In this document: positions 8,788 to 19,560 of the stretch, in pieces
How the letters are laid out: every line of letters starts with the position of its first letter
Position numbering within the stretch: the first letter of the stretch is position 1
Notes under the pieces: generated by a model
The model's input: only the letters and a program-made list of their open reading frames with translations
Databases searched by the model: none
Told to the model about the DNA's origin: nothing
IMG/VR virus record: IMGVR_UViG_3300032290_001644
Coordinates: 1-64,000 of that record
Length of the DNA stretch: 64,000 nucleotides
Origin: a virus
Lineage: Duplodnaviria > Caudoviricetes
Reading direction: 5' to 3' (one strand)
Program-made: the position numbers and the translations under genes

Positions 8788-11700
8788 TTAAAGGATGATC
8801 CAGTTTGTGCCAGTAGACTGTAATGTCAAACAAGCGTATTGTTGGATGATATCCGTACCACCAGTAAGACCATCGATTGAAACGCCGGTACTTGGGATAA
8901 CGGATACATAGAACGAGGTGAGTTTCTTAAAGTTTAGCTTCATCCCTTTGTTGCCTACACCTGGTACAATATTTGTCAGATTGACATTTGCATTAGCGGA
9001 TGGACTAAGAAGATAAGTGACTTCTAGAGTACCCGCTGATGGTGCTGTTGGCGTAAAGACATTTGTTGTGAAGGTTGCCGTGATAACATCGGGTAAGGAT
9101 CCACCACCGCCACCACCTGCAACGGTACCTGGCTTCCATTGTGAGGTAGAGCTTTCCCAAACCAATGCTTGACCATTTGTAGGAGCTACCGAGCTGGTAT
9201 TGACATCTGATAGAGCATCAATCGAGAAACCGGCAAGTGAGACTACGGCGTCAATACGACTGTTGCCAGTGTTATTTGTGAAAGTGATACCGGTATTTGT
9301 TGCGTTGCCACTAGCAAGACCAGCACCAGCTGCACTTCTAGCTAGAGCATCCGTATACTGAGTCAAGGTTGTACTAATCACACCAGTAGCTTGAGTATAT
9401 ACGATAGGTGAAGTAGCACTGATCAAAGATCTGACATTTGTTGAGGATGCGTACTTATTAGTTGTACCTTCTACAAGATCATCAGTTGTTCTAAGTGCAC
9501 GATCATTTGATACGGTGACATCCCACTGAGCATATACGGTACCGCTAATTGTGCGTTTAGTACATACAAGTTTATATTCCCCAGCCTTTGTCAGTACCAC
9601 GGATTTCACGCCGTTCACGGTACCACTATCAGCATAAACAATAAACTCACCGCCAGCTACACCACTTGCGTTTAAAGTCACTTGACCGGTACCACGAATC
9701 CTAAGATAAGTGACTGCACCAGTACCTTGAGTTACTGCTCGTGCTGGTACATTTACCGAGATATTTGTTGATCCATCATATATATAATAGATACCGGCTT
9801 GCATGGTTGTACCAGATCCAATATTGGCAACGGCAACATTACCATTTGATAAACCGCTTTCAGTATTATCAATCACGGTAAAATCAGTTGCTTGAACAAC
9901 GCCACCGCTTACATCTGCCACGAATACAATTTGATCATTTGTAGTCAAGTTAACGCCAGCTAGTGTACCGCCAACGGATACTTGATAGAAGAAACCTTTT
10001 TTAGCACTTACTAAGCTGGGGGTATTAGCGGTTGCGTCATATGTACCCTTATAAATCAGAGTACCACTTGAGCCGATGGTTGCTTGGATGCTTGCGATTG
10101 CAGTATCAACATATTTAGTATTCGCAACTTTAGTGGAATTATCGCTTGCACTTTGATCGGGTACGACTGGAGCATCACTGAAAGTCTTTACCCCTGCAAT
10201 CGATTGTGCACCAGTAGTTTGAACAAAGCTACTTGCATGAAAGCCGTCCAATAGATCTGCTTCAAGACCGGATCCGCTACCGTCCAAGCTCAAGACTTTA
10301 TTGAAGACATCTGATGCCGTATAGCTACTAGAGTTGAGTTTAGCGGATAAACCATTGTCAACATAGGTAGTAGTGGCAAATGTTGTGATGCTTGACTCTA
10401 CACTATCCAGTCTTGTATCAAGTGGATCAGTGATACCAGTTACATAGAGCTTGACGGCTTGCGTTGTTGGTGCCTTGTCATCCGTATTGATACTCGAAGT
10501 AGTGGTAGCACTCAAGGCTCTAGAGTCGGTAAAGTACAATTTACTTGCTTCACCTTGTGCACCAACACCTTCAGTGATATCTCCCGTATATAAAGTGATA
10601 TCGCCGATTTGACCATTCACACGAGACACTGGAGCGGTTGGATTATAGAGAGCAATCCATGAGGGAATGGTATCATCATAAATATAATTCCCATTGTTGG
10701 ATGCAGTTGGATCATTGACAACAATAGCAACATCCCCCGTATTGATACCGGTTAATGCATCACGATCAGCAATTGTATTCACAACATAAGGCTTGCTCAA
10801 GGCCAGCGGGGGGATATGATGATTAGGAATAAGACCATTTGCATCTAATTCCGCAACGCCGTTAGCTACCCCTTTATCACTTGTACGGAGCAAGCTAGAT
10901 GAATCACTAAGTTGAGTGCTGGCGGTAACCAAGCTTGGTTTATCTCTAAGCTCTGAATAACTACCAGTGAAAGCGGTCTCAACGCCTAAGGCACTAATAT
11001 AATTTGAAGAAGTTGAGAAGACTTTGACGATACCGCTTGAATATCCAGTACGGCCAACGATAGCAACACCGCTCGTTAGATTTGTTTGAAGACTATTCAA
11101 ACCAGCACATTCGGACAAGATGATTAAGAAAGGTGATGCTACATTTGTTGGCAAGACTCTCACATTTGTGAAATTACAACGATTGAAATACACGGTGCAA
11201 TTTGTGAGATTAGAGATAGTGATATTTTGGCTACTAAACTCACAATCTTGAAATACGATAAAGGTTGAGGTGCTATCTGTTGTACTAGAGATACTTACCC
11301 CGCCCAAAATGTCGCAATTTGTAAAGATATGTCTACCCTTTGTCCCTGATATCGTGAGAGCACCTTCAATTTGTAGATTTGCTACTCGTACTCGTTCACT
11401 TGTACCGCTAATTGTTAATCCCCTACCACCAGCAAGCTCACAAATTGTATTCCCTACGGCTGGAGCAATGATACCAAGATTAACCTTATTGTTTAGTGTA
11501 AGTGTAGATCCACCATATGAGCCAGATGATGCAAAGATTACATTGCCTTGACTTGTACCGATAGCATCCACTTGAGTTTGAATATCTGTGATGTTGTCAT
11601 TCGCATAATAAGAATTACTATGTAAGTGATGAGCATTCAGATCAGTCACGCTTGCTTGTAAAGCTTGATCTGCACTTACTCTTGCATTAATCTCATTTTG

Positions 11701-12621
11701 TAGATCCGCTTCTAACGCTCTAAGATCAACGCCAGCGGTAAGACCTAAAACATCCGCTTGTAAAGTATCAATTTCACTTTCAGCGGTTGTCACTCTAGTT
11801 GTTAAATTGGTTAAATCCGTACTACTAGCCTTGGTATCGATACTTGTTTGTAAGGCTTGATCAGCACTAATTCTATTTGTAATTTCCGCTTGTAGATCAG
11901 CATCATCCGCCTTCAGATTGACATTTATTTGTAAAGTACCAATGTTGCTTTCAGCGGTTGTCAATCGAGTTGCTAGTGCTTGATCTGCTTGTGTAAGCGA
12001 AGTGATATCACCTTGTAGATCCGAAATAGCGGATGCGTGCAAGCTGAGTGTATCTCCCTGAGTACTAACAGTAGCGGTGAGTGATGAGATATCAGCGACG
12101 GCATCAGCTAAATCGGATGACAAGGTTGTTATACTTGCACCTTGATTAGACACATCCAACGCCAAGTTTGTCAAATCTGATTGTGTGGTGGTTATGATCT
12201 GATCAAGGATCTTGTCTGCATTCTTAAGAGAAGTGGCAAAATCTAGATAGTTTGTAGTGTTATCTGGGATATATGCACCAGTAGTAGCTAAACCAGCACC
12301 AACTTGAGTAGCATCAAGCTCATCTTGTAAGGCTTGGATATCAACCGAGCCACCAGCTTCAAGAGCATCTAGACGAGCAAGAGTAGTGACGCCAAAGCTT
12401 GGATCATTGTTCAAGGCTTGAGCAAGCTCTTCTAGTGTGTCAAGTGATGTTGGAGCATCTGCTACGACACTACTGATTGCAAGTGATACACCTGCTGGGG
12501 TAGAGGCAATCGTGGTGGATGTACCTTCTAGTGTTTCGGTTGCAGTAGCTAGACGAACAACGCCTGATTGTGTTTCAGTACCTGACTTTACTGTACTATT
12601 GTTTCCTTGTAAAACTGGCAT
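8788..12621 (-). CDS. Long tail fibre / receptor-binding protein
   Basis: 1277 aa; fibre motifs GVVRLAT, LDTLEELAQALNNDP, GSGLEADLLDG, GVAELDANG and LSDVNTSSVAPTNGQALVW; coiled-coil repeats; a beta-helix-like segment. Confidence 0.9.
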   Translation of the reverse strand: MPVLQGNNSTVKSGTETQSGVVRLATATETLEGTSTTIASTPAGVSLAISSVVADAPTSLDTLEELAQALNNDPSFGVTTLARLDALEAGGSVDIQALQDELDATQVGAGLATTGAYIPDNTTNYLDFATSLKNADKILDQIITTTQSDLTNLALDVSNQGASITTLSSDLADAVADISSLTATVSTQGDTLSLHASAISDLQGDITSLTQADQALATRLTTAESNIGTLQINVNLKADDADLQAEITNRISADQALQTSIDTKASSTDLTNLTTRVTTAESEIDTLQADVLGLTAGVDLRALEADLQNEINARVSADQALQASVTDLNAHHLHSNSYYANDNITDIQTQVDAIGTSQGNVIFASSGSYGGSTLTLNNKVNLGIIAPAVGNTICELAGGRGLTISGTSERVRVANLQIEGALTISGTKGRHIFTNCDILGGVSISSTTDSTSTFIVFQDCEFSSQNITISNLTNCTVYFNRCNFTNVRVLPTNVASPFLIILSECAGLNSLQTNLTSGVAIVGRTGYSSGIVKVFSTSSNYISALGVETAFTGSYSELRDKPSLVTASTQLSDSSSLLRTSDKGVANGVAELDANGLIPNHHIPPLALSKPYVVNTIADRDALTGINTGDVAIVVNDPTASNNGNYIYDDTIPSWIALYNPTAPVSRVNGQIGDITLYTGDITEGVGAQGEASKLYFTDSRALSATTTSSINTDDKAPTTQAVKLYVTGITDPLDTRLDSVESSITTFATTTYVDNGLSAKLNSSSYTASDVFNKVLSLDGSGSGLEADLLDGFHASSFVQTTGAQSIAGVKTFSDAPVVPDQSASDNSTKVANTKYVDTAIASIQATIGSSGTLIYKGTYDATANTPSLVSAKKGFFYQVSVGGTLAGVNLTTNDQIVFVADVSGGVVQATDFTVIDNTESGLSNGNVAVANIGSGTTMQAGIYYIYDGSTNISVNVPARAVTQGTGAVTYLRIRGTGQVTLNASGVAGGEFIVYADSGTVNGVKSVVLTKAGEYKLVCTKRTISGTVYAQWDVTVSNDRALRTTDDLVEGTTNKYASSTNVRSLISATSPIVYTQATGVISTTLTQYTDALARSAAGAGLASGNATNTGITFTNNTGNSRIDAVVSLAGFSIDALSDVNTSSVAPTNGQALVWESSTSQWKPGTVAGGGGGGSLPDVITATFTTNVFTPTAPSAGTLEVTYLLSPSANANVNLTNIVPGVGNKGMKLNFKKLTSFYVSVIPSTGVSIDGLTGGTDIIQQYACLTLQSTGTNWIIL

Positions 12622-12622
12622 A

Positions 12623-12946
12623 CTACATTCTCCTTCTAAAGAAGTTTGCTTTTACTTTTGGATGAGCATTTGCACCCAAACCGCTAAATGAAACCTTTAG
12701 AGCTTGGAAGATGAAACTTTGCTCGGTCACAAGTACGCCGTCAGATTGTGTTGCATTGTCTTGATAGGAGACATAGTCGTAGCCATTAGGGGGGAAAATA
12801 GCAACGGAATAGGTCCCACCATCTAGACCGGTACAGTGTACTTGGCAAGCTGACAAGATATCAGCTGGATTAAAGCCTAGGCTTGCCTTATCAAAAATCA
12901 CTGGTGCATTATTTTGAGATACCAGCTCAATCGTTTTCATAATCAT
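12623..12946 (-). CDS. Hypothetical (probably structural) protein
   Basis: Lies between TerL and the tail fibre gene. Confidence 0.4.
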   Translation of the reverse strand: MIMKTIELVSQNNAPVIFDKASLGFNPADILSACQVHCTGLDGGTYSVAIFPPNGYDYVSYQDNATQSDGVLVTEQSFIFQALKVSFSGLGANAHPKVKANFFRRRM

Positions 12947-12948
12947 AG

Positions 12949-14631
12949 TTAAAAACCTTCGTCATCTATGTCAAAATCCACATGTAAGCTATCCCAAAGC
13001 GATTGCATCGAGTTAGCTTCAGCTCGCTTATGATAATCTAAATCTGATTTTGTACTCTCAATTTTTTCACCATGAGCATCAAACGCTTCATCACCAATTG
13101 CAATAGAATATTGGAAATCTGCCTCTCTCATTGCAGATACGGCAATCCAAAGGCTCATGACTGTGTCATCGTGTTTCTCTTTCCCAAGGCCATAAAGCTC
13201 AGTACAAAGTAGATCAGATTTATCAAGATCTTCGGGAGTCTTAGAAGGCAATATCATCTTACCATTCTCAAAGAGAGTAGTTAAGCTGGGTACGCCAATC
13301 CAAGCACTATTCTTATTCCCCGCCGTCGTGACATGTTCCTTAATAGGTAGGTCAGTGTTTTTTTGAAGAGTGAAGGTGTGTAGCTGGCCAAAATTATTTT
13401 TTTCAATAGAGATGACATGACAAAGTTTCTTGAATTTGTTGTACTCATCAATGATTGCTTGGTAGATTTGGGAAGGTGTGAGGCCTCTATCTCTAAACAT
13501 AGATAATAGATAGTGATTACCCTTTTCATCCTTACCTAGTGTAATCCCTACGGTATAATCGCTATCCTGCTCTTCCGCTGATTTCTTGTCCGTTTTCAAG
13601 GCCAAATCCCACGCTTGAACGACAACCATTCTCTCTACTGGGGGTATCTCACCATAAGAATAGAAAAAACCTCTATCCTTTGCAGCGTCAAGCCAACTAA
13701 CTTTGAAGATTGCATCAGCATCACTTTGTACTTGATTTTGAAATTCCCTTGTGAAGGATAGTGAGCCTGCTGAGTACAATTCCTTGAGCAATAATTTAAT
13801 CCCTCGTTCTTCTGGCCAAAGTACTTCATAATCACCTTCTATCACTACATCTTGCCACAAGTCACGGCCGTCAACCTCTTTGATGATATGCTTGTATGAT
13901 TTAGGCCACTTGATAATAGCTGGCGTATTGACTACTTGGAAAGTTGGATCCTTGATCATCATGTTGTATGCGTCATCATAATGTTTGCGTGTACCTACCA
14001 CGACCATTGTTCCACCTTTTGTGAGCATAGGCATACATGTACCTCTAAGCCAATCTCTAGTCTTTTGTCTTTGGGATGCACTAAAAACGGTCTTTTCATC
14101 CTCCAAGTCATCTATGATGATCATGTCAAAGTGGCCACCAGTGATTGAGCCACCGCTACCGATTGCTTCTACTGATGGATCAATGCTATTCAAAGTACGG
14201 TTGAGATAGATCTGGGTACTGGTCCACTTGTCTTCATTCTTGCGTTGAAAAGGTTCATCGCTTGCCCAATCCTCAATAAGCTTCTGAGATTGTAAATAAT
14301 TCTTGCATACTCTCACACGCTTCTCAGCTTGCCCCATGGATTTGGATAGCCAAAGGATACGGGTATTACGATCAAGACATAAAGCTCTAAGAGTGACGGC
14401 AACACATAGCATACTCTTCCCATGGTCTCTTGGAGCAAGTAAGAGCAATTTCTTCTTCTCATTTGTCTTCTTGCCTTCACTTACCATCCCGTCGATCAAT
14501 TTGAGCCAACGATCTTGGTGATTTGTGTAGGAATACCCCAAATAGTAGCTTGCGAAAAAGCTGGGGGAATGTTTAGAAAGTATTTGTCTACCTTCTTTGG
14601 TCTGCATTAATTCATGAATTTTGTCATTCAT
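12949..14631 (-). CDS. Terminase large subunit
   Basis: Walker A LLAPRDHGKS, Walker B IIIDDLED, nuclease motifs AWDLA and HDDTVMSLW. Confidence 0.95.
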   Translation of the reverse strand: MNDKIHELMQTKEGRQILSKHSPSFFASYYLGYSYTNHQDRWLKLIDGMVSEGKKTNEKKKLLLLAPRDHGKSMLCVAVTLRALCLDRNTRILWLSKSMGQAEKRVRVCKNYLQSQKLIEDWASDEPFQRKNEDKWTSTQIYLNRTLNSIDPSVEAIGSGGSITGGHFDMIIIDDLEDEKTVFSASQRQKTRDWLRGTCMPMLTKGGTMVVVGTRKHYDDAYNMMIKDPTFQVVNTPAIIKWPKSYKHIIKEVDGRDLWQDVVIEGDYEVLWPEERGIKLLLKELYSAGSLSFTREFQNQVQSDADAIFKVSWLDAAKDRGFFYSYGEIPPVERMVVVQAWDLALKTDKKSAEEQDSDYTVGITLGKDEKGNHYLLSMFRDRGLTPSQIYQAIIDEYNKFKKLCHVISIEKNNFGQLHTFTLQKNTDLPIKEHVTTAGNKNSAWIGVPSLTTLFENGKMILPSKTPEDLDKSDLLCTELYGLGKEKHDDTVMSLWIAVSAMREADFQYSIAIGDEAFDAHGEKIESTKSDLDYHKRAEANSMQSLWDSLHVDFDIDDEGF

Positions 14632-15226
14632 CGTTTAATCTCTTTTGTGAGGATATTGTTTTGGCCAAGATCAGGCCTATTTGTGAAAGTGTTTCGGGGG
14701 ATGCATCAATCGCAAGCTCTTTTTTCTCGGTAGTGATTTGCTCTACTGATATCTCTAGCTTGTCTAAACCGCATAAGGTTGCTTGCCTTTTTTGTGCTTC
14801 TAGGATCAGTTTCATATATGCAACTTTGTCCTTATCATTGACTTGTACCTCATCCCACGCCAATGCTTTGATCCGCTCACATTCTTGATATAAAGCTTCT
14901 CTTCGTGAATTTGCTTGTGCTGGTGTGAGTGTCTTGCTCCATCTAATCTTTAATTCATCAATAAGTCTTTGGGTAGTAGTGAAATGAATGCCAATGATAT
15001 CTGCAATCACACGAGTGGCAAAAATTCGATGCACGCCAATGATATATTCAATGATGATAAGCCACCGCTCTTTATTTAAATCATCATATGGAAGAGGGGG
15101 AACATCTTGACCTATTAAGATTGGATGGACCTTTTCCGCTACTGGCTTCTCTATATGTAGATCTGCATCAGGATCGTTCAGTTGTCGTTCAAGTAGTGAA
15201 AAATTGTAATTTGCTTTGCGACCCAT
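14624..15226 (-). CDS. Putative terminase small subunit
   Basis: Overlaps the TerL start; HTH-like segment and an ILEAQKRQATLCGLD helix. Confidence 0.6.
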   Translation of the reverse strand: MGRKANYNFSLLERQLNDPDADLHIEKPVAEKVHPILIGQDVPPLPYDDLNKERWLIIIEYIIGVHRIFATRVIADIIGIHFTTTQRLIDELKIRWSKTLTPAQANSRREALYQECERIKALAWDEVQVNDKDKVAYMKLILEAQKRQATLCGLDKLEISVEQITTEKKELAIDASPETLSQIGLILAKTISSQKRLNDE

Positions 15227-15238
15227 GATTATTTACTC

Positions 15239-16933
15239 CTAGCTATATGTTGCGTATTTGAGCCTTTGCTCTTGTCCAGTTATTCTTGAGATAGTATCTG
15301 CTCCTTGCCTTGCCTTCCACATAGCACTACCAAAAAGACCATGAGAGAAATAATAGATTTCTACTTCGTCAGCTTCTTGACCATGTCTATGTGTACGAGC
15401 TAGCAATTGCTCCCAAGTAGCTGGATCAGATAGAGGATGAGCAATGAGATTGATATTCCATGCTTGTAAATTCTTCCCCGTCCCATGACTTTTGATAGAG
15501 GCTATACAACGATGCGATTTAGTGTTGGGTATTTCAGTACCCCCTCTATAATAAGGTATACCTAACTCTTGTTCGAGTCTATTGCCTAGCTCTGACATAC
15601 CAACCCAAATGATAAAGTCATCTTCTCTAGTAGATACCCAAGCCTTGATTGCTTCTACAAAATAGTCATCAAGCCAGATACATTTAGTTGGAGGCTTCTC
15701 TTTGTGTTTTTGGCTATCCCATGCTTGCTTTGCCATGAGAAAGTACCTTTGAAAAGCTATAGGTAAGATATCAACATTTTGCTCAACCATAGCGGGGGAG
15801 TCAATACCCTCTAGCTCAAGATCAAGTACTTGCCTAATCGCTTTCCCATAGAGTGAGCGAGTAGTGAGCCACTCTTCATCTGGTCCATTTGGCCAATCCC
15901 AAACATAGAGAAAGCCCATCATCATCTGAGCATAGGCTCTAAGAGCAAAGGCATCAGTGGTTTTCCATAAATGTTGGCTATCCTCAATCATCTTGATATC
16001 AAGTTCAAAATCCCCCAGAGCATCAGCCATTCGTTTCTCATTGAAAGCTTGATTGATTGCGTGGATCAGTGTACGGGGTACTTGTAGCTTATTTGCAAAC
16101 ATGTTGAGTGATGAAGGTACGATATCTTTACCCGTAAGTACTACACCATCACAATTCGCTAGTCTCTTATATATACTCTCTTTGACTGCTAATCCGTCCA
16201 CTTGCCAGTATCTCTTAAACTCTATGTATTCAAAACCGCTTGCTTCACCGTTGATCAGTCTATCCCAAACTTGCACTTGCCTATTCTCACGGGGGAAAGG
16301 TGATTGATCTAGTAGAGACCAATCAGAGAGATGAGCAATATCAGCAATACTTTTGTTCATGAGGGTACCTGATAGCACAACGAATTTAGTATCTGGTCTT
16401 TTACTAAGATAGACACCAAGACGGGAGGCTCTAGCGGATCTTAAATTTTTAATGTAGTGAGCTTCATCGCAAATGATCAGATCGGGGGATAGCTTAAAAA
16501 GAAGATCCTTCCCCTTTGGCGTTTGGATTTGCTCATAGCTAATGACTTCGATCGGAATAAGTTTGAAATGCTTTGCATACATTGACCATTCAAGCTTAGT
16601 CTTATCTCTTAGTGATGCAGGTACAATCAAGAGTGGATTACAAGCCTGAGCAACAAGCGGAAGTAAAAAGGTTGTCAGAGTCTTACCAGTACCACAACCA
16701 GCAAGAGCAACAAGACCGCCAACCTTCTCAAATTCATAGAGCATGGAATTTTGAATATGTCTTAGCTTCATTGTCCCATCTTCGGTCTTGAAACGATCAG
16801 TGAAATCCGGTACTTGATCTTTTGTTGTGCTAGCGGGTATCCTTGTTATCCTAACATTATCACTGACCTTTGCATTTACTTGAAAGCCAGGAGTACCCCC
16901 ACCGGCCAAAAACATATCTGCAAGGCTTGTCAT
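15239..16933 (-). CDS. SF2 (SNF2-like) helicase
   Basis: GCGTGKT, IICDEAH, LSGT and EQLLARTHRHGQ motifs. Confidence 0.9.
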   Translation of the reverse strand: MTSLADMFLAGGGTPGFQVNAKVSDNVRITRIPASTTKDQVPDFTDRFKTEDGTMKLRHIQNSMLYEFEKVGGLVALAGCGTGKTLTTFLLPLVAQACNPLLIVPASLRDKTKLEWSMYAKHFKLIPIEVISYEQIQTPKGKDLLFKLSPDLIICDEAHYIKNLRSARASRLGVYLSKRPDTKFVVLSGTLMNKSIADIAHLSDWSLLDQSPFPRENRQVQVWDRLINGEASGFEYIEFKRYWQVDGLAVKESIYKRLANCDGVVLTGKDIVPSSLNMFANKLQVPRTLIHAINQAFNEKRMADALGDFELDIKMIEDSQHLWKTTDAFALRAYAQMMMGFLYVWDWPNGPDEEWLTTRSLYGKAIRQVLDLELEGIDSPAMVEQNVDILPIAFQRYFLMAKQAWDSQKHKEKPPTKCIWLDDYFVEAIKAWVSTREDDFIIWVGMSELGNRLEQELGIPYYRGGTEIPNTKSHRCIASIKSHGTGKNLQAWNINLIAHPLSDPATWEQLLARTHRHGQEADEVEIYYFSHGLFGSAMWKARQGADTISRITGQEQRLKYATYS

Positions 16934-18132
16934 CAGACACCTCGTACAACGATATCAGCCAAAGCTTCAAGCGTTGCTCCAATCTTTTGGTACTCAAATG
17001 ATCGTGCGTCAATTTGCATAGAACAAGGCAGCTTACCATATTGCATGAGCATTTGATTGAGCATATCGTAGCCTCTACCATATTGGATGGTTGAGATATG
17101 AGGCACTTTCTCTCTAGCACAAATATCAAGGATGAGAGGTTTGAGAGCATCCAAAGCTAGGGTAGGTAATGCACCTTTTACAACATGTGCACTGACAAAT
17201 AATACGCAAGGTTCAGCTTGTACTTGCGGAGCTACTTGAGGAGCTACTTGAGCAATTGGTTCTTGAATTGGCTCTTGTGCTGTCATTCCCTTTTGTGCAA
17301 AGAGTTGTCTTAGTAAATCGGTACTAGTAGTAGTCATATTTGTATCGTCTTTCTCTTGTGGTGGTACAAGAATGGAGGTTAAATCGTTTAGTGAGTCTCG
17401 TTTACATCTTAAATAGAAGGGACACCTTTGACCATAGGCAAAGCACGACTGTTCGTTTTTTGTCATCGACTCAATTTGCTTATCATATGCACTGATCATC
17501 TCTTTGATCGTAGGTACAAGATCAGTGAACGCCTTCATGACATGGTCTCTATCTACTTCAACGCTTCTCTTTTCTGCATGCCTTTTGCCAGAAGTGAGGT
17601 AGTAAATATGGGATAGCTTGAATTTAGTATGGGGGTAAGCTTGCATTGCATGTCTTGCATAGATAATGAGCTGGGTATTAGTCATCAGATCAAGCTCAGT
17701 CAACATGTACTTTTTGGCACTGGTAGTCTTATGATCAAGTATCTCAATATGATCATCATGTACAATGAGGCAATCGATAAAGCCTTTAAACTTGATGGAT
17801 GCAGATAGTGGGGAGAAGTTATCCAAAGCATACTCAATGAAGACCTTACCTTCTTCATAGGTTGGTAGTAGAGCAAGACCAGATGAGGCAATCAAGCCTT
17901 CGTCAGTATCTTGTGGCGGTTGGATACCTTTTAAAATATAATTCTCAATATGTGTATGCACGATCTTCCCACGCTCTAGAGCTGGACTTGACGGCGTGGT
18001 TTCACCATTGATATAGATTTCGTACCATTTCCGTTGGCAAGTGTCTTTGAATAAATTGATCTGGGATGCGGATAGGTGCGAAAATTTGTTGCTTGTCATA
18101 TACTCTCTCTTCTTACTATGAGAGTATATCAA
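16933..18132 (-). CDS. Cas4-like PD-(D/E)XK exonuclease with C-terminal extension
   Basis: LSASQI, RGKIVH, GFIDCL...ILDHKT, C-x5-C-x5-C cluster. Confidence 0.8.
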   Translation of the reverse strand: MIYSHSKKREYMTSNKFSHLSASQINLFKDTCQRKWYEIYINGETTPSSPALERGKIVHTHIENYILKGIQPPQDTDEGLIASSGLALLPTYEEGKVFIEYALDNFSPLSASIKFKGFIDCLIVHDDHIEILDHKTTSAKKYMLTELDLMTNTQLIIYARHAMQAYPHTKFKLSHIYYLTSGKRHAEKRSVEVDRDHVMKAFTDLVPTIKEMISAYDKQIESMTKNEQSCFAYGQRCPFYLRCKRDSLNDLTSILVPPQEKDDTNMTTTSTDLLRQLFAQKGMTAQEPIQEPIAQVAPQVAPQVQAEPCVLFVSAHVVKGALPTLALDALKPLILDICAREKVPHISTIQYGRGYDMLNQMLMQYGKLPCSMQIDARSFEYQKIGATLEALADIVVRGV

Positions 18133-18153
18133 TATTCACATATATTTTTATTT

Positions 18154-18387
18154 TTATTTATCGTTTAGCTTACTTTTTTCAATCAAAAGCTCAATCTTTA
18201 GCTCAAGATTTTGCATCTTTTCCGACAATCGATCAACGATAGGATCTTGTCTCTCTTTAAGTGATACATAACGATCAAAAATAGGAATGATTTGCTTGGC
18301 AACATAAGCAAGGACAAGAAGGCCAACACTTTCGCTATTCTTTGCTGCGAGTACCCAAAAATCTTGTGGTGGTTGTAGATCTGACAT
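18154..18387 (-). CDS. Small TM/coiled-coil protein
   Basis: Single hydrophobic helix plus coiled coil. Confidence 0.35.
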   Translation of the reverse strand: MSDLQPPQDFWVLAAKNSESVGLLVLAYVAKQIIPIFDRYVSLKERQDPIVDRLSEKMQNLELKIELLIEKSKLNDK

Positions 18388-18388
18388 G

Positions 18389-18769
18389 TCATTTCTCCTT
18401 TAGTGAAACGGTAACTTTAAACCTAGCTTGCCACAAACTCACTGACTCATCTTGATTTTTTTCTATGACTAGATCCGTGATATAGTACCAAGCTGGAAGA
18501 TAGATATCTGTCCATGCTCTAAATTTTACAAGAGCCGTTCGCTCAAACACTCTAGAGAGCGGTGCAATGACATCCAGGCTATCGATCAAGACTCGTGCCT
18601 CATGTGTTTGCTCAAGACAATCAAAGAAAAGTGAAATTTTTAGATCGTCAACCTGCTGCTCTTTTAATCGTAAGCCACTCTTAAAATTTGTATAAAATTC
18701 AATGTCATCCATCAATTCGATCGGATTTTCGTGCAAACCTAACTCTATCATCTTGTACCACTCTTTCAT
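18389..18769 (-). CDS. Hypothetical protein
   Basis: ORF in operon context; no recognised motif. Confidence 0.4.
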   Translation of the reverse strand: MKEWYKMIELGLHENPIELMDDIEFYTNFKSGLRLKEQQVDDLKISLFFDCLEQTHEARVLIDSLDVIAPLSRVFERTALVKFRAWTDIYLPAWYYITDLVIEKNQDESVSLWQARFKVTVSLKEK

Positions 18770-18801
18770 TCAGTTAGTACAAGTATGGAATATTTTTTTG
18801 A

Positions 18802-19002
18802 CTATGGTAGGAAATATTCAGCAGACTCACCGGTTAATTTAGCAAGTGCACGAGCTAGCTCCCAGCTTGGCTTGACTTTGCCACCACATACTAGACATAA
18901 CATTGTTTCAGTATAACCAAGATCTTTGGCTACTTCTCGGAGAGTTTTGCCAGTCTTTTGCTTGATCAACATTGTTTTTTCACTTCTGGTTACTTTATTC
19001 AT
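18802..19002 (-). CDS. XRE/Cro-like HTH regulator
   Basis: KTLREVAKDLGYTETMLCLVCGGKVKPS...LAKLTG. Confidence 0.8.
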   Translation of the reverse strand: MNKVTRSEKTMLIKQKTGKTLREVAKDLGYTETMLCLVCGGKVKPSWELARALAKLTGESAEYFLP

Positions 19003-19011
19003 GATTACACC

Positions 19012-19293
19012 TTAGAGCATCTTGATGAGGGTAAAAACAACAGTACAAAAACAAGCCAAGCAGATCAATTCAGAGAGTGTACTCATCATGAAAGCATGAG
19101 CTTGTCGGCGTTCTTCTTCTTCCTTTTCAGCACTATAGTCAATGTATGGAGACCATTGGGGAAGGTTTTGTACTTGGGGTAATTCTTTTGTTTCGACCTG
19201 ATCTTGTTTTACGGTAGACCAGAGACCGCAATCAAACTTGTTCATGTTACTTGCTGCTTTCTTAGAGACCAATGATTGTGATTTTGATACCAT
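19012..19293 (-). CDS. Hypothetical protein with C-terminal hydrophobic segment
   Basis: ORF downstream of a promoter. Confidence 0.4.
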   Translation of the reverse strand: MVSKSQSLVSKKAASNMNKFDCGLWSTVKQDQVETKELPQVQNLPQWSPYIDYSAEKEEEERRQAHAFMMSTLSELICLACFCTVVFTLIKML

Positions 19294-19453
19294 TGCCTAC
19301 GAAACCGTAAACAATAACTTCTTCTTGTGTTTCGACTGCTTGATCGATTGCTTCTACGATTTCTTCTTCTTCTTCATAGATAGCTTTGATTTGATCAACA
19401 GTGTCCTGAGCCAAGATTTCTTGCGTTTGGATATCAATGATTTGGATTTGCAT
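19262..19453 (-). CDS. Small acidic early protein
   Basis: 63 aa, 14 D/E versus 2 K; first gene after a sigma70-like promoter. Confidence 0.5.
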   Translation of the reverse strand: MQIQIIDIQTQEILAQDTVDQIKAIYEEEEEIVEAIDQAVETQEEVIVYGFVGNGIKITIIGL

Positions 19454-19483
19454 TTTGCATCTTCCTTCTGATCTTCATGATCA

Positions 19484-19560
19484 TGGTTTGTTGTTTTGCT
19501 TCGTTATGTATAGATATATAAATATATTTAAATAATGTCAAATAAAATTTAAATTTTTTT
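19484..19560 (-). promoter_or_regulatory. sigma70-like promoter with AGCAAAACAACAAACC leader
   Basis: Minus-strand TTGACA followed by a TATATC -10-like box; AT-rich UP element; leader shared with promoters at 50.3, 51.3 and 52.8 kb. Confidence 0.7.

Noticed and set aside
16933-18132. Cas4 as evidence of a CRISPR system
   Set aside because: Solo Cas4-like exonucleases next to helicases are routine in phage replication modules.
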